Below the pieces are notes generated by a model that saw nothing but the letters and a program-made list of their open reading frames with translations, did not search any database and was not told the DNA's origin. The position numbers and the translations under genes are program-made. DNA of 64,000 nucleotides from Candidatus Aminicenantes bacterium (GTDB lineage: Bacteria > Acidobacteriota > Aminicenantia > UBA2199), in the NCBI GenBank assembly GCA_011772425.1, contig WVZO01000393.1:1615-65614 (forward strand). Direction: 5' to 3'. Within the stretch, counting starts at the first letter, position 1; the number at the start of each line of letters is the position of its first letter. Shown here piece by piece: positions 54,483 through 63,822 of this stretch.

Positions 54483-55469
54483 TCAACCAATGAAAGTAGG
54501 CCGATTAGCAATGATGCAGACAGATCGTTCAGTCAGGGGAAATAAATTGAATATTTTAAAACCCACTTGTTCGATCCATTGGCTTAAAAGAGAAACTGAA
54601 ATAAACTCCCGCTGCGGATTATCCAGGAGCCGGGCTAAATTGAAGAGAGAGCCAAAACCAGGATTGGCACCGCCGGGATCAGCATAGTATCCCCTTACAA
54701 TTAGGGTTCCTCCCGGAGCAAGGGCCTTATATGCTGACTGAAGGATGGTCATACAGAAAGATTTTTCCTGGTAAAGCACATCGGATAAAAGCACAACATC
54801 CAGGTTATCTCCATAGGAATCTTTGCTAATATCTGCCTTGCGCGTTTTGATGCGGTCCTGGAGGTTATTCATTTCTATAATGTGTTGAGTGGTTTCCAGT
54901 ACCTCTTTCATGTCCAGGAGTGTGGCATGGAGATCAGGATAACAGCGGCAAAGAAATATGGAGTACAATCCTGAACCGCAGCCCACATCAACCATGTTTT
55001 TGCAACCTGAGAGGTCCACAGCAGCGGCCAGGGCACCGGCTTCCCCCTGCATCGCCAAATTGTTCATTGCCATGGTAAACCGGTGAGGGCTTACTTCCTT
55101 CTTCGCTTCTTTCATGCCGGTTTCACCGCTGCCCGTCACCAGGCTGTATAGTCTTTCCCAATTACCCGTTTCATTGTACATCACTTCAATGATGTCTCCA
55201 AGATAAAACGGTTTTCCTTCAACCAGGTAGATATTACTTAGATAAGAATTCTTATATTGATTGTCTTTCAATTGTAAAAGCCCGATGGCCACACAACCGT
55301 CCAGTAAAGCGCTGAGAAACCTGGGTACGGCTCCCACCGCTGCTGCAAGTTCTTCTGCGGTTTTATTTTTCTCTGTCAGAAGGTTGAATATTTTTAGCCT
55401 GTTGGCACAGTACAGTACGTTTACCGCCCAGGGGGCAAATACGATATCCAGGATTTTGTTGCCAAACAT
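54483..55469 (-). CDS. SAM-dependent O-methyltransferase (family-2 type with an N-terminal winged-helix dimerisation domain)
   Basis: The N-terminal wHTH-like segment is IFNLLTEKNKTAEELAAAVG and the SAM motif is MVDVGCGSGLYSI. Confidence 0.75.
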   Translation of the reverse strand: MFGNKILDIVFAPWAVNVLYCANRLKIFNLLTEKNKTAEELAAAVGAVPRFLSALLDGCVAIGLLQLKDNQYKNSYLSNIYLVEGKPFYLGDIIEVMYNETGNWERLYSLVTGSGETGMKEAKKEVSPHRFTMAMNNLAMQGEAGALAAAVDLSGCKNMVDVGCGSGLYSIFLCRCYPDLHATLLDMKEVLETTQHIIEMNNLQDRIKTRKADISKDSYGDNLDVVLLSDVLYQEKSFCMTILQSAYKALAPGGTLIVRGYYADPGGANPGFGSLFNLARLLDNPQREFISVSLLSQWIEQVGFKIFNLFPLTERSVCIIANRPTFIG

Positions 55470-55496
55470 CGCTGCACTCTCCTTTTCCCTAAAACC

Positions 55497-55874
55497 TTAC
55501 TTCCATTTCCAGAAGTAAGGATTGGGTATCTCACCGGTTATTTTTTTGATGGCTTTTTCCACTTCATATTGATCATACCGTTCATTTCGGAGAAGACCCT
55601 CAAGTGTGGGAAGTGCGCGTTTATCGCGTAATTCACCAAGTGTCCAGACGACGTGATTTCTTTCCTGGTAATTTAACGATTCCGAATTAAAATACCTGGT
55701 TAATGCTTCGACGTTATCACCGGGATATTTTTGCCGGGCTTTGGCGCACATGGTCTCTATTTCCTTATGGACCACATACGAAATCCCGGTAAACGCAGCC
55801 AAAAGGATCACAACGATAATTAATAGACCGTGCAAGAGTTTTATCGAGGTAGGACCTCGTTTCATTCTCATCAT
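55497..55874 (-). CDS. Small membrane-anchored protein with a HEAT-like repeat
   Basis: One TM helix (LLHGLLIIVVILLAAFTGISYV) is present. A HEAT/PBS-lyase-like segment follows (VVWTLGELRDKRALPTLEGLL). Confidence 0.55.
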   Translation of the reverse strand: MMRMKRGPTSIKLLHGLLIIVVILLAAFTGISYVVHKEIETMCAKARQKYPGDNVEALTRYFNSESLNYQERNHVVWTLGELRDKRALPTLEGLLRNERYDQYEVEKAIKKITGEIPNPYFWKWK

Positions 55875-56008
55875 CTAATCACTCCCAATTCTTAATTCAA
55901 TATGACGGAATAATATCATTCAAGCAATTATTTGTCAATACTTTCATCGGAAAACGAAGAAACTTTTTTTCCAAATTTATAATTCTCCAGGAAATGTGAT
56001 TATAGATG

Positions 56009-56037
56009 TTGAAATTTAGTTTATTTTTAACTATAAT
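56009..56037 (+). promoter_or_regulatory. Sigma70-type promoter (TTGAAA-N17-TATAAT) upstream of cheR
   Basis: TTGAAA lies at 56009-56014 and TATAAT at 56032-56037. AAGGAG precedes the ATG at 56130. Confidence 0.45.
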
Positions 56038-56129
56038 ATATAATACGAGAAAGAAAGTAACAAGGATTACCGATCGCCGATTAACGGTAACAGTTTTGAC
56101 GTGAGAAATAAGCGAAAAGGAGCGGACCA

Positions 56130-56996
56130 ATGAGCCGGGATGTAGAAATAGAAGCTGTTCTTGCCGTGCTAAAAGAGAAGAAAGGAATCGATCTTACCGG
56201 CTACAGGCGTGAAACAATAAAAAAGCGTGTTTCAGAAAGAATAACCCGGTATCATATGGTGGATCCCGGGAAATACCTGGAATTAATACAAACGGACATA
56301 CATGAATGCGAGGCATTGTTGAGTGAGATATTGATTCATGCCAGTTGGTTCTTTCGAGACCCCATTGTGTTTGAAATCATTGAACAATCCCTATTACCTT
56401 CAATTATTGCCGAAAAAAGCAAACGCCCGTTAAAATCCAGGGAAATCCGCATATGGAGTGTCGGGTGTGCTGCGGGAGAAGAGCCTTACTCCACGGCGAT
56501 CCTGGTGCACCAGGCATTGGAAAGGACAAACATGAATTGGAAAACCTACATCTTTGCTACCGATATCGATCCCGGGGCACTGGAGAGGGCGAAAACCGGT
56601 ATATACATGCGCGAAAGTTTTATGAGCACAAAACTTGGCAACCTCGACAGGTATTTTATTTCTAAAGAAAACAGCAGCATGTTCGAGGTTCGCCCCTTTA
56701 TAAAGGCCATGGTGTTTTTTTCCCTGGAGGACTGCACCTCGGCAAAAATCATGGCGCCTGCTGAAAGCGTATTCGGGACCTTTGATATGGTGTTGTGCCG
56801 GAATTTGCTGATCTATTTTTCCCGGGAACTTCAAAAAAAAGTACTCAGCAAACTAACCAAAACCATTCTCCCGGGCGGGTACTTGATCCTGGGGGAATCG
56901 GAGTCTCTTATCGGGGATGTTGAATCCGAATTTCTCACCGTAGATTCGAGGAACAAAATATTCCAGAAAATTTTAAGGAATACAACCAGGAAGTGA
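56130..56996 (+). CDS. cheR: CheR-type protein-glutamate O-methyltransferase
   Basis: The motifs are SWFFRD, IRIWSVGCAAGEEPYSTAIL, ATDID and FDMVLCRNLLIYF. Confidence 0.9.
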   Translation: MSRDVEIEAVLAVLKEKKGIDLTGYRRETIKKRVSERITRYHMVDPGKYLELIQTDIHECEALLSEILIHASWFFRDPIVFEIIEQSLLPSIIAEKSKRPLKSREIRIWSVGCAAGEEPYSTAILVHQALERTNMNWKTYIFATDIDPGALERAKTGIYMRESFMSTKLGNLDRYFISKENSSMFEVRPFIKAMVFFSLEDCTSAKIMAPAESVFGTFDMVLCRNLLIYFSRELQKKVLSKLTKTILPGGYLILGESESLIGDVESEFLTVDSRNKIFQKILRNTTRK

Positions 56997-57063
56997 TGGA
57001 AATGGAATTAAATGATATGATATTCAACGTTATGTTGATGAACGGAGTGGTAAAGGAGGCAAA

Positions 57064-60000
57064 ATGGCGCTGAAATTACAATTCAGGAGTTTAAAAACAC
57101 GGCTCATTTTCCTGTTTTCAATCGTGGCCCTGGTCCCATTAATTACTGTTAGTTCGATCGAATACAGCCAAAGGGTGCTGTCCATCAAAAACCAGCAGTT
57201 TATAAAACTGGAAGCCATTCGCGATCTTAAAGTAGATCAGGTCAACAACTGGCTGGATGAACGAACCGGGGATATCCGCACGCTTACGGAAGATTATAAA
57301 ACCAGGGAAGTGACAGAAGCATTTTGTGAGCAAAAGGAAATTCAAGTGGATCAAGAGAAAGTGACCCGGGCAAGGGAGTTCCTGGACCGGTATGTCCGGA
57401 ACTATGAAAGTTTTCACGAAGTTTTCATCATCGATGCGGCTTCCGGGAAAATCCTTATTTCATCCCGGCCCGACATAGAAGGTAAGGATAAGTCCGATGA
57501 CAAATATTTTACCGCTCCCCTGCGGACAAGAGATGTATACATAAAGGATATATATTATTCAAAGACCGAAAACAGACCTGCCATGGCTTTCTCCTGCCCG
57601 ATCTTTTCTATTACCGATAACAACCGGGTTGTAGGGATTGCAGTGGCCAGGATAAACCTGGAACGCTCATTGTACCATTTACTGCTCCATCGTACCGGTC
57701 TTGGCGAAACCGGCGAAACCCTTATCATAAACAATAAGGGGACGGCCCTGAATGAATTGCGATGGTATGCACATGCTCCCCTACAATTAAATATAGAGGC
57801 CGAACCGGCATTATTGGCTGCACAGGGCAGAACCGGGATCGTGGAAACAACCGATTACCGGAAAGTAAAAGTCCTGGCCGCTTACGCCCACATTCCCAGG
57901 ACCGGGTGGGGGTTTGTGGCCAAGCAGGACCAACAAGAAGTCTATGCCCCCATCGTTAAAATGTTCAACCATTTGCTGGTAGTCCTGGCAATATTCGTCC
58001 TGCTTATCATTTTAATAGCCGTATTCACGGCCAACAGCATTGTCAGGCCAATTCTTGAAATGACAAACGTCTCTAAAAAAATCCAAGAGGGAGACTTTTC
58101 TGCCCGTAATAAAATTCAGCAAGCAGACGAATTCGGCTTCCTGGGACAGGTATTCAATGATATGACAGGCTCGATACAATCTAAAATTCTTATCCAGCAA
58201 AAGAGTGCCCAATTAACCGGGGTAATGGTGGAATCCGAAACCCTGGAGGATTTCAGTTGGAATATCCTGGAAACACTCCTGGAAATAACGGGTTCCAATT
58301 TCGGCGTCTTCTTTATATATGATGAAAATAAGAAAAAATTTATGCCTCTCAACTCTATCGGGGCCCACCTGGAACTTATCGAATCCTTCAAAGCCGATAT
58401 TTTCGAAGGGGACATCGGTGCGGCCCTGGCTTCGGGAAAGATTCACCATATTAAAGATATCCCGGCAGATACGGTTTTTAAAATCAAAACCTTCATCAGT
58501 ACTGCCGTCCCCAAAGAAATATTGAACATCCCCATTTTAGTGGACAACACGGCCAGGGCGTTCATATCACTGGCATCCCTTAAAAAATATTCCCGGGAGA
58601 GCCTGGAAATCGCCAATAATACCTGGTTGTCCCTGAACACGGCATTATCGAATCTTATGGCGAATATTAAAACCGCAAAAATGGCAGAAGATTTAAAAGA
58701 AAAAAACCAGGAAATTACCACCATTAATAGAGAATTGATGGACCAGGCCGAGGAATTAAAAATTCAGCAAATGCAACTGGCAGACGCGAACCGGCTCAAA
58801 TCCGAATTTCTTTCCAACATGAGCCATGAACTGCGCACTCCCCTGAACAGCATCCTGGCCCTGTCTCAATTAATGATCTCGAAAGGGACCGGGAGAAATC
58901 CCGGGAAAGAGGTAGAAAACCTGAAGATCATCGAACGCAACGGCCGTATCCTCTTGAACCTGATTAACGATATTCTCGACCTGACGAAAATAGAATCGGG
59001 CCGTATGAAATTAAACCTTAAGGAGTTTAAGCCCGAACGGATAACGTTAACATCCATGGAAACCATTAAACCGGTAGCTGAATCTAAGGGATTGGCCGTG
59101 AAATTGAACTTAGTTGATAACCCGACGATGTATTCCGACAAGGAGAGGGTCCAACAGGTCCTGTTTAACTTACTTTCCAATGCCGTTAAATTCACGGAGA
59201 AAGGCGAGGTCGAATTAACGGTAACCTCCGCTGCCGGCCAGGTATTTTTTGCGGTCAGGGATACCGGGATAGGTATAAAAAGTGAAGATTTACCCTATAT
59301 TTTCACTGAATTCAGGCAGGTGGACGGTTCGGCCTCAAGGCAATACGGGGGAACCGGGTTGGGTTTGACCATATCCCAAAAATTTGCCGGGTTCCTGGGA
59401 GGTAAAATAACGGTAGACAGCGAGCCGGGGAAAGGCAGTACCTTTACATTGGTGCTGCCGCTTCGCATCGGAGGCGGCAGCGATGAAAAAGCAGGCCCCC
59501 CGGACCTGGAATCCCCCCGGGTAAGCGATGATACGTCGGATTCGCAGCAGCAGCCTTCAGGTGAAGCTGCGGTTCGGGGGAAACCGCCCCGAATACTGGT
59601 GATCGAGGACAATGACGTGGCCATGATGCAGATCAGTTCGGCACTGGAGGAGAATGGATTTGCCGTCACCACGGCCGCAAACGGCAGCGAAGGGCTGGAA
59701 AGTCTAGGTAAAGCCTTACCTGACGCCGTCATACTGGACTTGATGATGCCGAAAGTCAGCGGCTTCGAAGTCCTGGAACAGATTCGCTCGACTCCCGGTA
59801 CCTCCGGGTTACCGGTACTGATTTTAACGGCAAAAGAATTGACCCGGGAGGAACTGGCAAATCTGAAACGCAACAATGTCCGGCAGTTGGTCCGCAAAGG
59901 AACCCTGGACAGGGACCAGTTGACGGCACGTGTTAAGGAGCTCATTTCTAAACCTGCACCATTAAAACAGTCACAGCCGACGTCAACGTCACAGGCAAGC

Positions 60001-60381
60001 CGGTTGATCCTGGTAGTGGAAGATAACCCGGACAACCGCTACCTCATCACCGCGATACTGGAGGAAGCGGAATATAAATATATCACGGCGCAGAACGGTA
60101 AAGAAGCGGTAACCAGGGCGAAAGAATCTCTTCCCGGCTTGATATTAATGGATATCCAACTTCCTATCTTGAGCGGTCTGGACGCAGCCGGGGAAATCAA
60201 GGCAGACCCGCGGCTGGCTCAAATACCCATCATTGCATTGACCGCCAAAGCAATGAAAGGCGATAAAGAACAAATACTTTCCGCCGGCTGCAGTGATTAT
60301 ATCTCGAAACCCATTGATGCAGAAACTCTTCTGAAAGCGATAGAGAAATGGATGAATAGACGAACTCATGGAGGTAAATGA
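57064..60381 (+). CDS. Hybrid sensor histidine kinase (dCache-HAMP-GAF-HisKA-HATPase-REC-REC)
   Basis: A TM helix is followed by a Cache-like periplasmic domain and a second TM helix. The HAMP segment is PILEMTNVSKKIQEGDFS. The H-box is SNMSHELRTPLNSI and the G-boxes are DTGIGI and GTGLGL. Two receivers are present (ILVIEDN..DLMMPKVSG; ILVVEDN..MDIQLPILSG). Confidence 0.9.
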   Translation: MALKLQFRSLKTRLIFLFSIVALVPLITVSSIEYSQRVLSIKNQQFIKLEAIRDLKVDQVNNWLDERTGDIRTLTEDYKTREVTEAFCEQKEIQVDQEKVTRAREFLDRYVRNYESFHEVFIIDAASGKILISSRPDIEGKDKSDDKYFTAPLRTRDVYIKDIYYSKTENRPAMAFSCPIFSITDNNRVVGIAVARINLERSLYHLLLHRTGLGETGETLIINNKGTALNELRWYAHAPLQLNIEAEPALLAAQGRTGIVETTDYRKVKVLAAYAHIPRTGWGFVAKQDQQEVYAPIVKMFNHLLVVLAIFVLLIILIAVFTANSIVRPILEMTNVSKKIQEGDFSARNKIQQADEFGFLGQVFNDMTGSIQSKILIQQKSAQLTGVMVESETLEDFSWNILETLLEITGSNFGVFFIYDENKKKFMPLNSIGAHLELIESFKADIFEGDIGAALASGKIHHIKDIPADTVFKIKTFISTAVPKEILNIPILVDNTARAFISLASLKKYSRESLEIANNTWLSLNTALSNLMANIKTAKMAEDLKEKNQEITTINRELMDQAEELKIQQMQLADANRLKSEFLSNMSHELRTPLNSILALSQLMISKGTGRNPGKEVENLKIIERNGRILLNLINDILDLTKIESGRMKLNLKEFKPERITLTSMETIKPVAESKGLAVKLNLVDNPTMYSDKERVQQVLFNLLSNAVKFTEKGEVELTVTSAAGQVFFAVRDTGIGIKSEDLPYIFTEFRQVDGSASRQYGGTGLGLTISQKFAGFLGGKITVDSEPGKGSTFTLVLPLRIGGGSDEKAGPPDLESPRVSDDTSDSQQQPSGEAAVRGKPPRILVIEDNDVAMMQISSALEENGFAVTTAANGSEGLESLGKALPDAVILDLMMPKVSGFEVLEQIRSTPGTSGLPVLILTAKELTREELANLKRNNVRQLVRKGTLDRDQLTARVKELISKPAPLKQSQPTSTSQASRLILVVEDNPDNRYLITAILEEAEYKYITAQNGKEAVTRAKESLPGLILMDIQLPILSGLDAAGEIKADPRLAQIPIIALTAKAMKGDKEQILSAGCSDYISKPIDAETLLKAIEKWMNRRTHGGK

Positions 60382-61862
60382 TGAAACGAATCGAGCAATC
60401 GCCAGGCAAAGACACCACGGTTATCATTCTTGCGGTGGATGACAAGCCGGATAACCTGTATGTTATCCAGCAGTTGATCGAGGACCAGCTGCCAAATGCC
60501 AAGGTTTTAGTCACTACAGACCCGGAAGAAGGACTGGCAATAGCTCATGAACATCTGCCGGATGTAATATTGCTGGACCTCAAGATGCCGGGAATGAGCG
60601 GAATCGACATGTGCAAACGGTTGAAAGCTGATGAAAAAACGTTTTATCTCCCGGTCATTCTTATAACCGCCACTGATACGACAACAAAATTACGGGTTGA
60701 AGGACTTGAAGCAGGAGCAGAAGATTTTATTACCAAACCCATCGATAATATTGAACTGGCTGCACGGATAAAAGCGATGCTGAGAGTTAAAAAAGCGGAA
60801 GATGAACTAAGACAAATAAATGAAAATCTTGAGAAGATGGTCGAGGAGAAATCCGCGGCTTTATTTGAAAGTGAGAAGCAATTTCGTACATTGACTTCCA
60901 TGTCCCCATCAGGAATTTACCTGACTGATGCGAAGGGTGATTGCGTTTACGTAAGTGAGCATTGGTGTAAAATGGCCGGACTAACTGTCGATGAAGCTAA
61001 AGGAACAGGCTGGGTCATGGGAATTTACCTGGAAGACCGGGAAAAAATAAAAGAGGCATGGTATAAAATGGTTTCCTCAAAGGGACATTGGGAGGAGGAA
61101 TACCGGTTCCAGGATAAAAAAGGTAAGATTACCTGGGTGTACGGTGTGGCAGTTCCATCATACGATGCCAATGGAGTTGTTAATGGATATATCGGTACAA
61201 ATGTGGATATTAGCGAACGGAAGCGGGCAGAGGAAGAAATCAGGGCATCACTCAATGAAAAAGAAATACTATTAAAGGAAATCCATCACCGGGTCAAGAA
61301 TAACATGGCTGTCATTTCTGGCCTGTTGAAGCTCCAGTCCCATTCATTTAAGGACCCTGATGTTATCCGGGCATTTTCGGAAAGTCAACAGCGAATCCGC
61401 TCCATGGCCCTGGTTCATGAAAAATTGTACAATGCCCAGGACCTCTCACAAATAGATTTTTCCAACTATATACCGGACCTGGTAAACCAAATTTACCAAA
61501 CATACGAAGTTCAACGAGAAAAAATTTCCTCAAAAATACAGACAAACAATATTTCAATGGGGATAGATATTGCAGTTCCCTGCGGCCTGATCATAAACGA
61601 ACTGGTGACCAATGCCTTTAAATATGCGTTTCCCGGTGAACAGCGGGGAGAGATTTCTATCGCACTCTCACACAGCAATAATGACTATTCTCTTGAAGTT
61701 TCCGATAACGGAGTGGGCCTTCCTATGGATATCGATTTTCAAACCATCTCCTCCTTCGGGCTCTACCTGGTCAACCTGCTCACCCAACAACTGAAAGGAA
61801 CCATTGAAATCGACAGAAGCAAGGGAACATCCATCAAAATCACATTTCCAAAAGAAATATAA
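60378..61862 (+). CDS. Response-regulator receiver-PAS-HisKA_2/HWE-type histidine kinase
   Basis: An ATGA overlap links it to the upstream kinase. The receiver motifs are ILAVDDKPDN and LDLKMPGMSG. A PAS domain follows. The H-box is EIHHRVKNNMAVISGLL and the ATPase motif is ELVTNAFKYAF. Confidence 0.88.
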   Translation: MMKRIEQSPGKDTTVIILAVDDKPDNLYVIQQLIEDQLPNAKVLVTTDPEEGLAIAHEHLPDVILLDLKMPGMSGIDMCKRLKADEKTFYLPVILITATDTTTKLRVEGLEAGAEDFITKPIDNIELAARIKAMLRVKKAEDELRQINENLEKMVEEKSAALFESEKQFRTLTSMSPSGIYLTDAKGDCVYVSEHWCKMAGLTVDEAKGTGWVMGIYLEDREKIKEAWYKMVSSKGHWEEEYRFQDKKGKITWVYGVAVPSYDANGVVNGYIGTNVDISERKRAEEEIRASLNEKEILLKEIHHRVKNNMAVISGLLKLQSHSFKDPDVIRAFSESQQRIRSMALVHEKLYNAQDLSQIDFSNYIPDLVNQIYQTYEVQREKISSKIQTNNISMGIDIAVPCGLIINELVTNAFKYAFPGEQRGEISIALSHSNNDYSLEVSDNGVGLPMDIDFQTISSFGLYLVNLLTQQLKGTIEIDRSKGTSIKITFPKEI

Positions 61863-61898
61863 ATTGATATCCGGCCCGGGAAAATGACACCTGGGGAA

Positions 61899-61986
61899 CC
61901 CACAGATTACACAGATTACGCAGATTTTTTTATATTTTTATTATAATCTGTGTAAATCTGTGTAATCTGTGGACTTTTTTCATTTT
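61899..61986 (+). terminator. Long hairpin built from CACAGATTAC words, followed by a T-run (terminator-like)
   Basis: ccacagattacacagattacgcagatt (61899-61926) pairs with aatctgtgtaaatctgtgtaatctgtgg (61945-61972) with one bulge and one mismatch. The loop is AT-only. The hairpin is followed by acttttttcatttt and lies 37 nt after the kinase stop codon. Confidence 0.6.
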
Positions 61987-62055
61987 ATTGGAACAATATA
62001 ATTTACTATCTTTCCTTAATGTATTATAATGAGGGCTTAAAATGGAGGTTACAAA

Positions 62056-63822
62056 ATGAAGCTAAAAAACAATGTCGTATTCATATTCTCGTTGGTATTG
62101 GTATTTGTTTTAAGTTCATCAATGCTGTTAATGGGAGCCAAATTTTCCAAATACGATGATTTCAACATGCACCAACTCAAGAAAAAGGCGGATGAAAAAG
62201 GGTTTGTCCGCATCATTGTAAAGTTGGACGTGCCCGATATTGAGGAACTTACCGCACAGTCAACCCGCTTTAAAACCGGGATTACAGATACAACCTATAT
62301 CCAGGCGGCGATCGATGCCGACCTGGCCCTGGAAGAAGCCATTTCCATCACCGGGAATACAGTGCTTCACCGCTTAAATGGCATGAACTACAACGTCATC
62401 CGCACATTTTCCACTATTCCCTTTATAGGATTGGTGGTAACTGCACAAACCCTGGATAAACTTAAAACCATCCCCGAAGTACTGAATATTGTCGAAGACG
62501 AGGTCATTCCTCTTCCCGAAACCTGGGAATCTCCAGTGGACGATAATATGGATGTCAGCGAACCAAAGCTGCGTGAATCCACGGTGCTTGTCGGGGCGGA
62601 TGTTGCCTGGTCCTTTGGTTATAACGGAAGCGGGTGGTATGTTGCCATTCTTGATACCGGGATACTGACCAGTCATGAAATGTTCCAGGGCAAAAATATT
62701 GTTGAACATTGTTTTGCCTCAGGTCCTGATTATGATGACGAGGCTCATGGGGACTGTCCCAATGGTCAAGTCGAAATGTCCGGTCCCGGTTCAGCCGCTC
62801 ATTATGACCCCCGCTTTGGCCACGGCAGCCATGTGGCCGGGATTGCAGCCGGGAACAACCAATATTCCCAATTCGGAGTGGCCAGGGGTGCCGATATCAT
62901 TGCGGTCCAGGTATTTAGTTATTTCCCCGAAGATGGCTCTATAGGAAGCTGGGTTTTGGATCAAATGGCAGCTCTTGAATATATATATAACCAGCGCAAT
63001 AATTACAAGATTGCCGCGGCTAATTTGAGCCTTGGTGGTTATACAAAATATACGAGTTATTGTGATACGGATTATCGCCAACTCGCCATCACCAACCTGA
63101 GAGCCGCAGGGATTGCCACCACTGTTTCCGCCGGTAATGAAGCCAATTGTGACGGGGTAACCTCCCCTGCTTGCGTATCCACTGCCCTGGGCATAAACGC
63201 CGTGGATAAATCCGATAATGAATATCAAAACGGCAACTGGCACGACCTGATGGTGGATTTGATGGCACCGGGCGTAAGAATCAATTCAGCAGGAGGACGT
63301 TCTAACCTCGATTACGGTAACCGTACCGGCACCTCCATGGCAGCACCTCATGTGGCAGGAGCATGGGCCATCATGAAACAATTTGACCCCAATATGACTG
63401 TCGATGAAATATTAACGTTAATGCAGGATACCGGGAACATGATTACCAGTTCCAGGTGCGAAGGAAGAATACCAAAAGCCAGGATCAATATCGGAGATGC
63501 CCTCACAACTCTTTTAATCGTGGCACCGCCAATAAATCTGTCCGCACAACAGAAAATCAACCAATCCCTTTTGATGACCGAATATATCAACGAAATAACC
63601 TGGGAAAGTAATCCTTATAATGAGAATAGAACCATCACCCTTTACAATATTTACCTGGTTCAAGGTGAACAGCTCAATCTCCTGACACAGGTGAACTCGT
63701 CTACCTTCTCCTACCTGCACCGAAAAGCTGAAAAAGAACAGGAAGTTACCTATGCGGCAACGGCCGTAGATGCTGACGGCCAGGAAAGCCCACCAGCCTA
63801 TTTTACCCTCGAATTTAATTAG
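62056..63822 (+). CDS. Secreted subtilisin-family (S8) serine peptidase with a C-terminal beta-sandwich-like domain
   Basis: A signal peptide is followed by the catalytic triad contexts VAILDTG, GHGSHVAGI and GTSMAAPHVAG. Confidence 0.9.
   Translation: MKLKNNVVFIFSLVLVFVLSSSMLLMGAKFSKYDDFNMHQLKKKADEKGFVRIIVKLDVPDIEELTAQSTRFKTGITDTTYIQAAIDADLALEEAISITGNTVLHRLNGMNYNVIRTFSTIPFIGLVVTAQTLDKLKTIPEVLNIVEDEVIPLPETWESPVDDNMDVSEPKLRESTVLVGADVAWSFGYNGSGWYVAILDTGILTSHEMFQGKNIVEHCFASGPDYDDEAHGDCPNGQVEMSGPGSAAHYDPRFGHGSHVAGIAAGNNQYSQFGVARGADIIAVQVFSYFPEDGSIGSWVLDQMAALEYIYNQRNNYKIAAANLSLGGYTKYTSYCDTDYRQLAITNLRAAGIATTVSAGNEANCDGVTSPACVSTALGINAVDKSDNEYQNGNWHDLMVDLMAPGVRINSAGGRSNLDYGNRTGTSMAAPHVAGAWAIMKQFDPNMTVDEILTLMQDTGNMITSSRCEGRIPKARINIGDALTTLLIVAPPINLSAQQKINQSLLMTEYINEITWESNPYNENRTITLYNIYLVQGEQLNLLTQVNSSTFSYLHRKAEKEQEVTYAATAVDADGQESPPAYFTLEFN

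Noticed and set aside
55897-56130. A 77-aa minus-strand ORF in the divergent region between the HEAT/OMT operon and cheR.
   Set aside because: It covers the cheR promoter and Shine-Dalgarno and has no ribosome-binding site. Its composition is typical of AT-rich intergenic DNA.
59295-60035. A 246-aa antisense ORF inside the hybrid kinase gene; similar cases are 56430..56834, 34861..35262 and 41717..42109.
   Set aside because: They lie opposite well-supported genes with strong motifs. The translations are low-complexity (S/R/P-rich), typical of antisense frames in locally GC-richer coding DNA.
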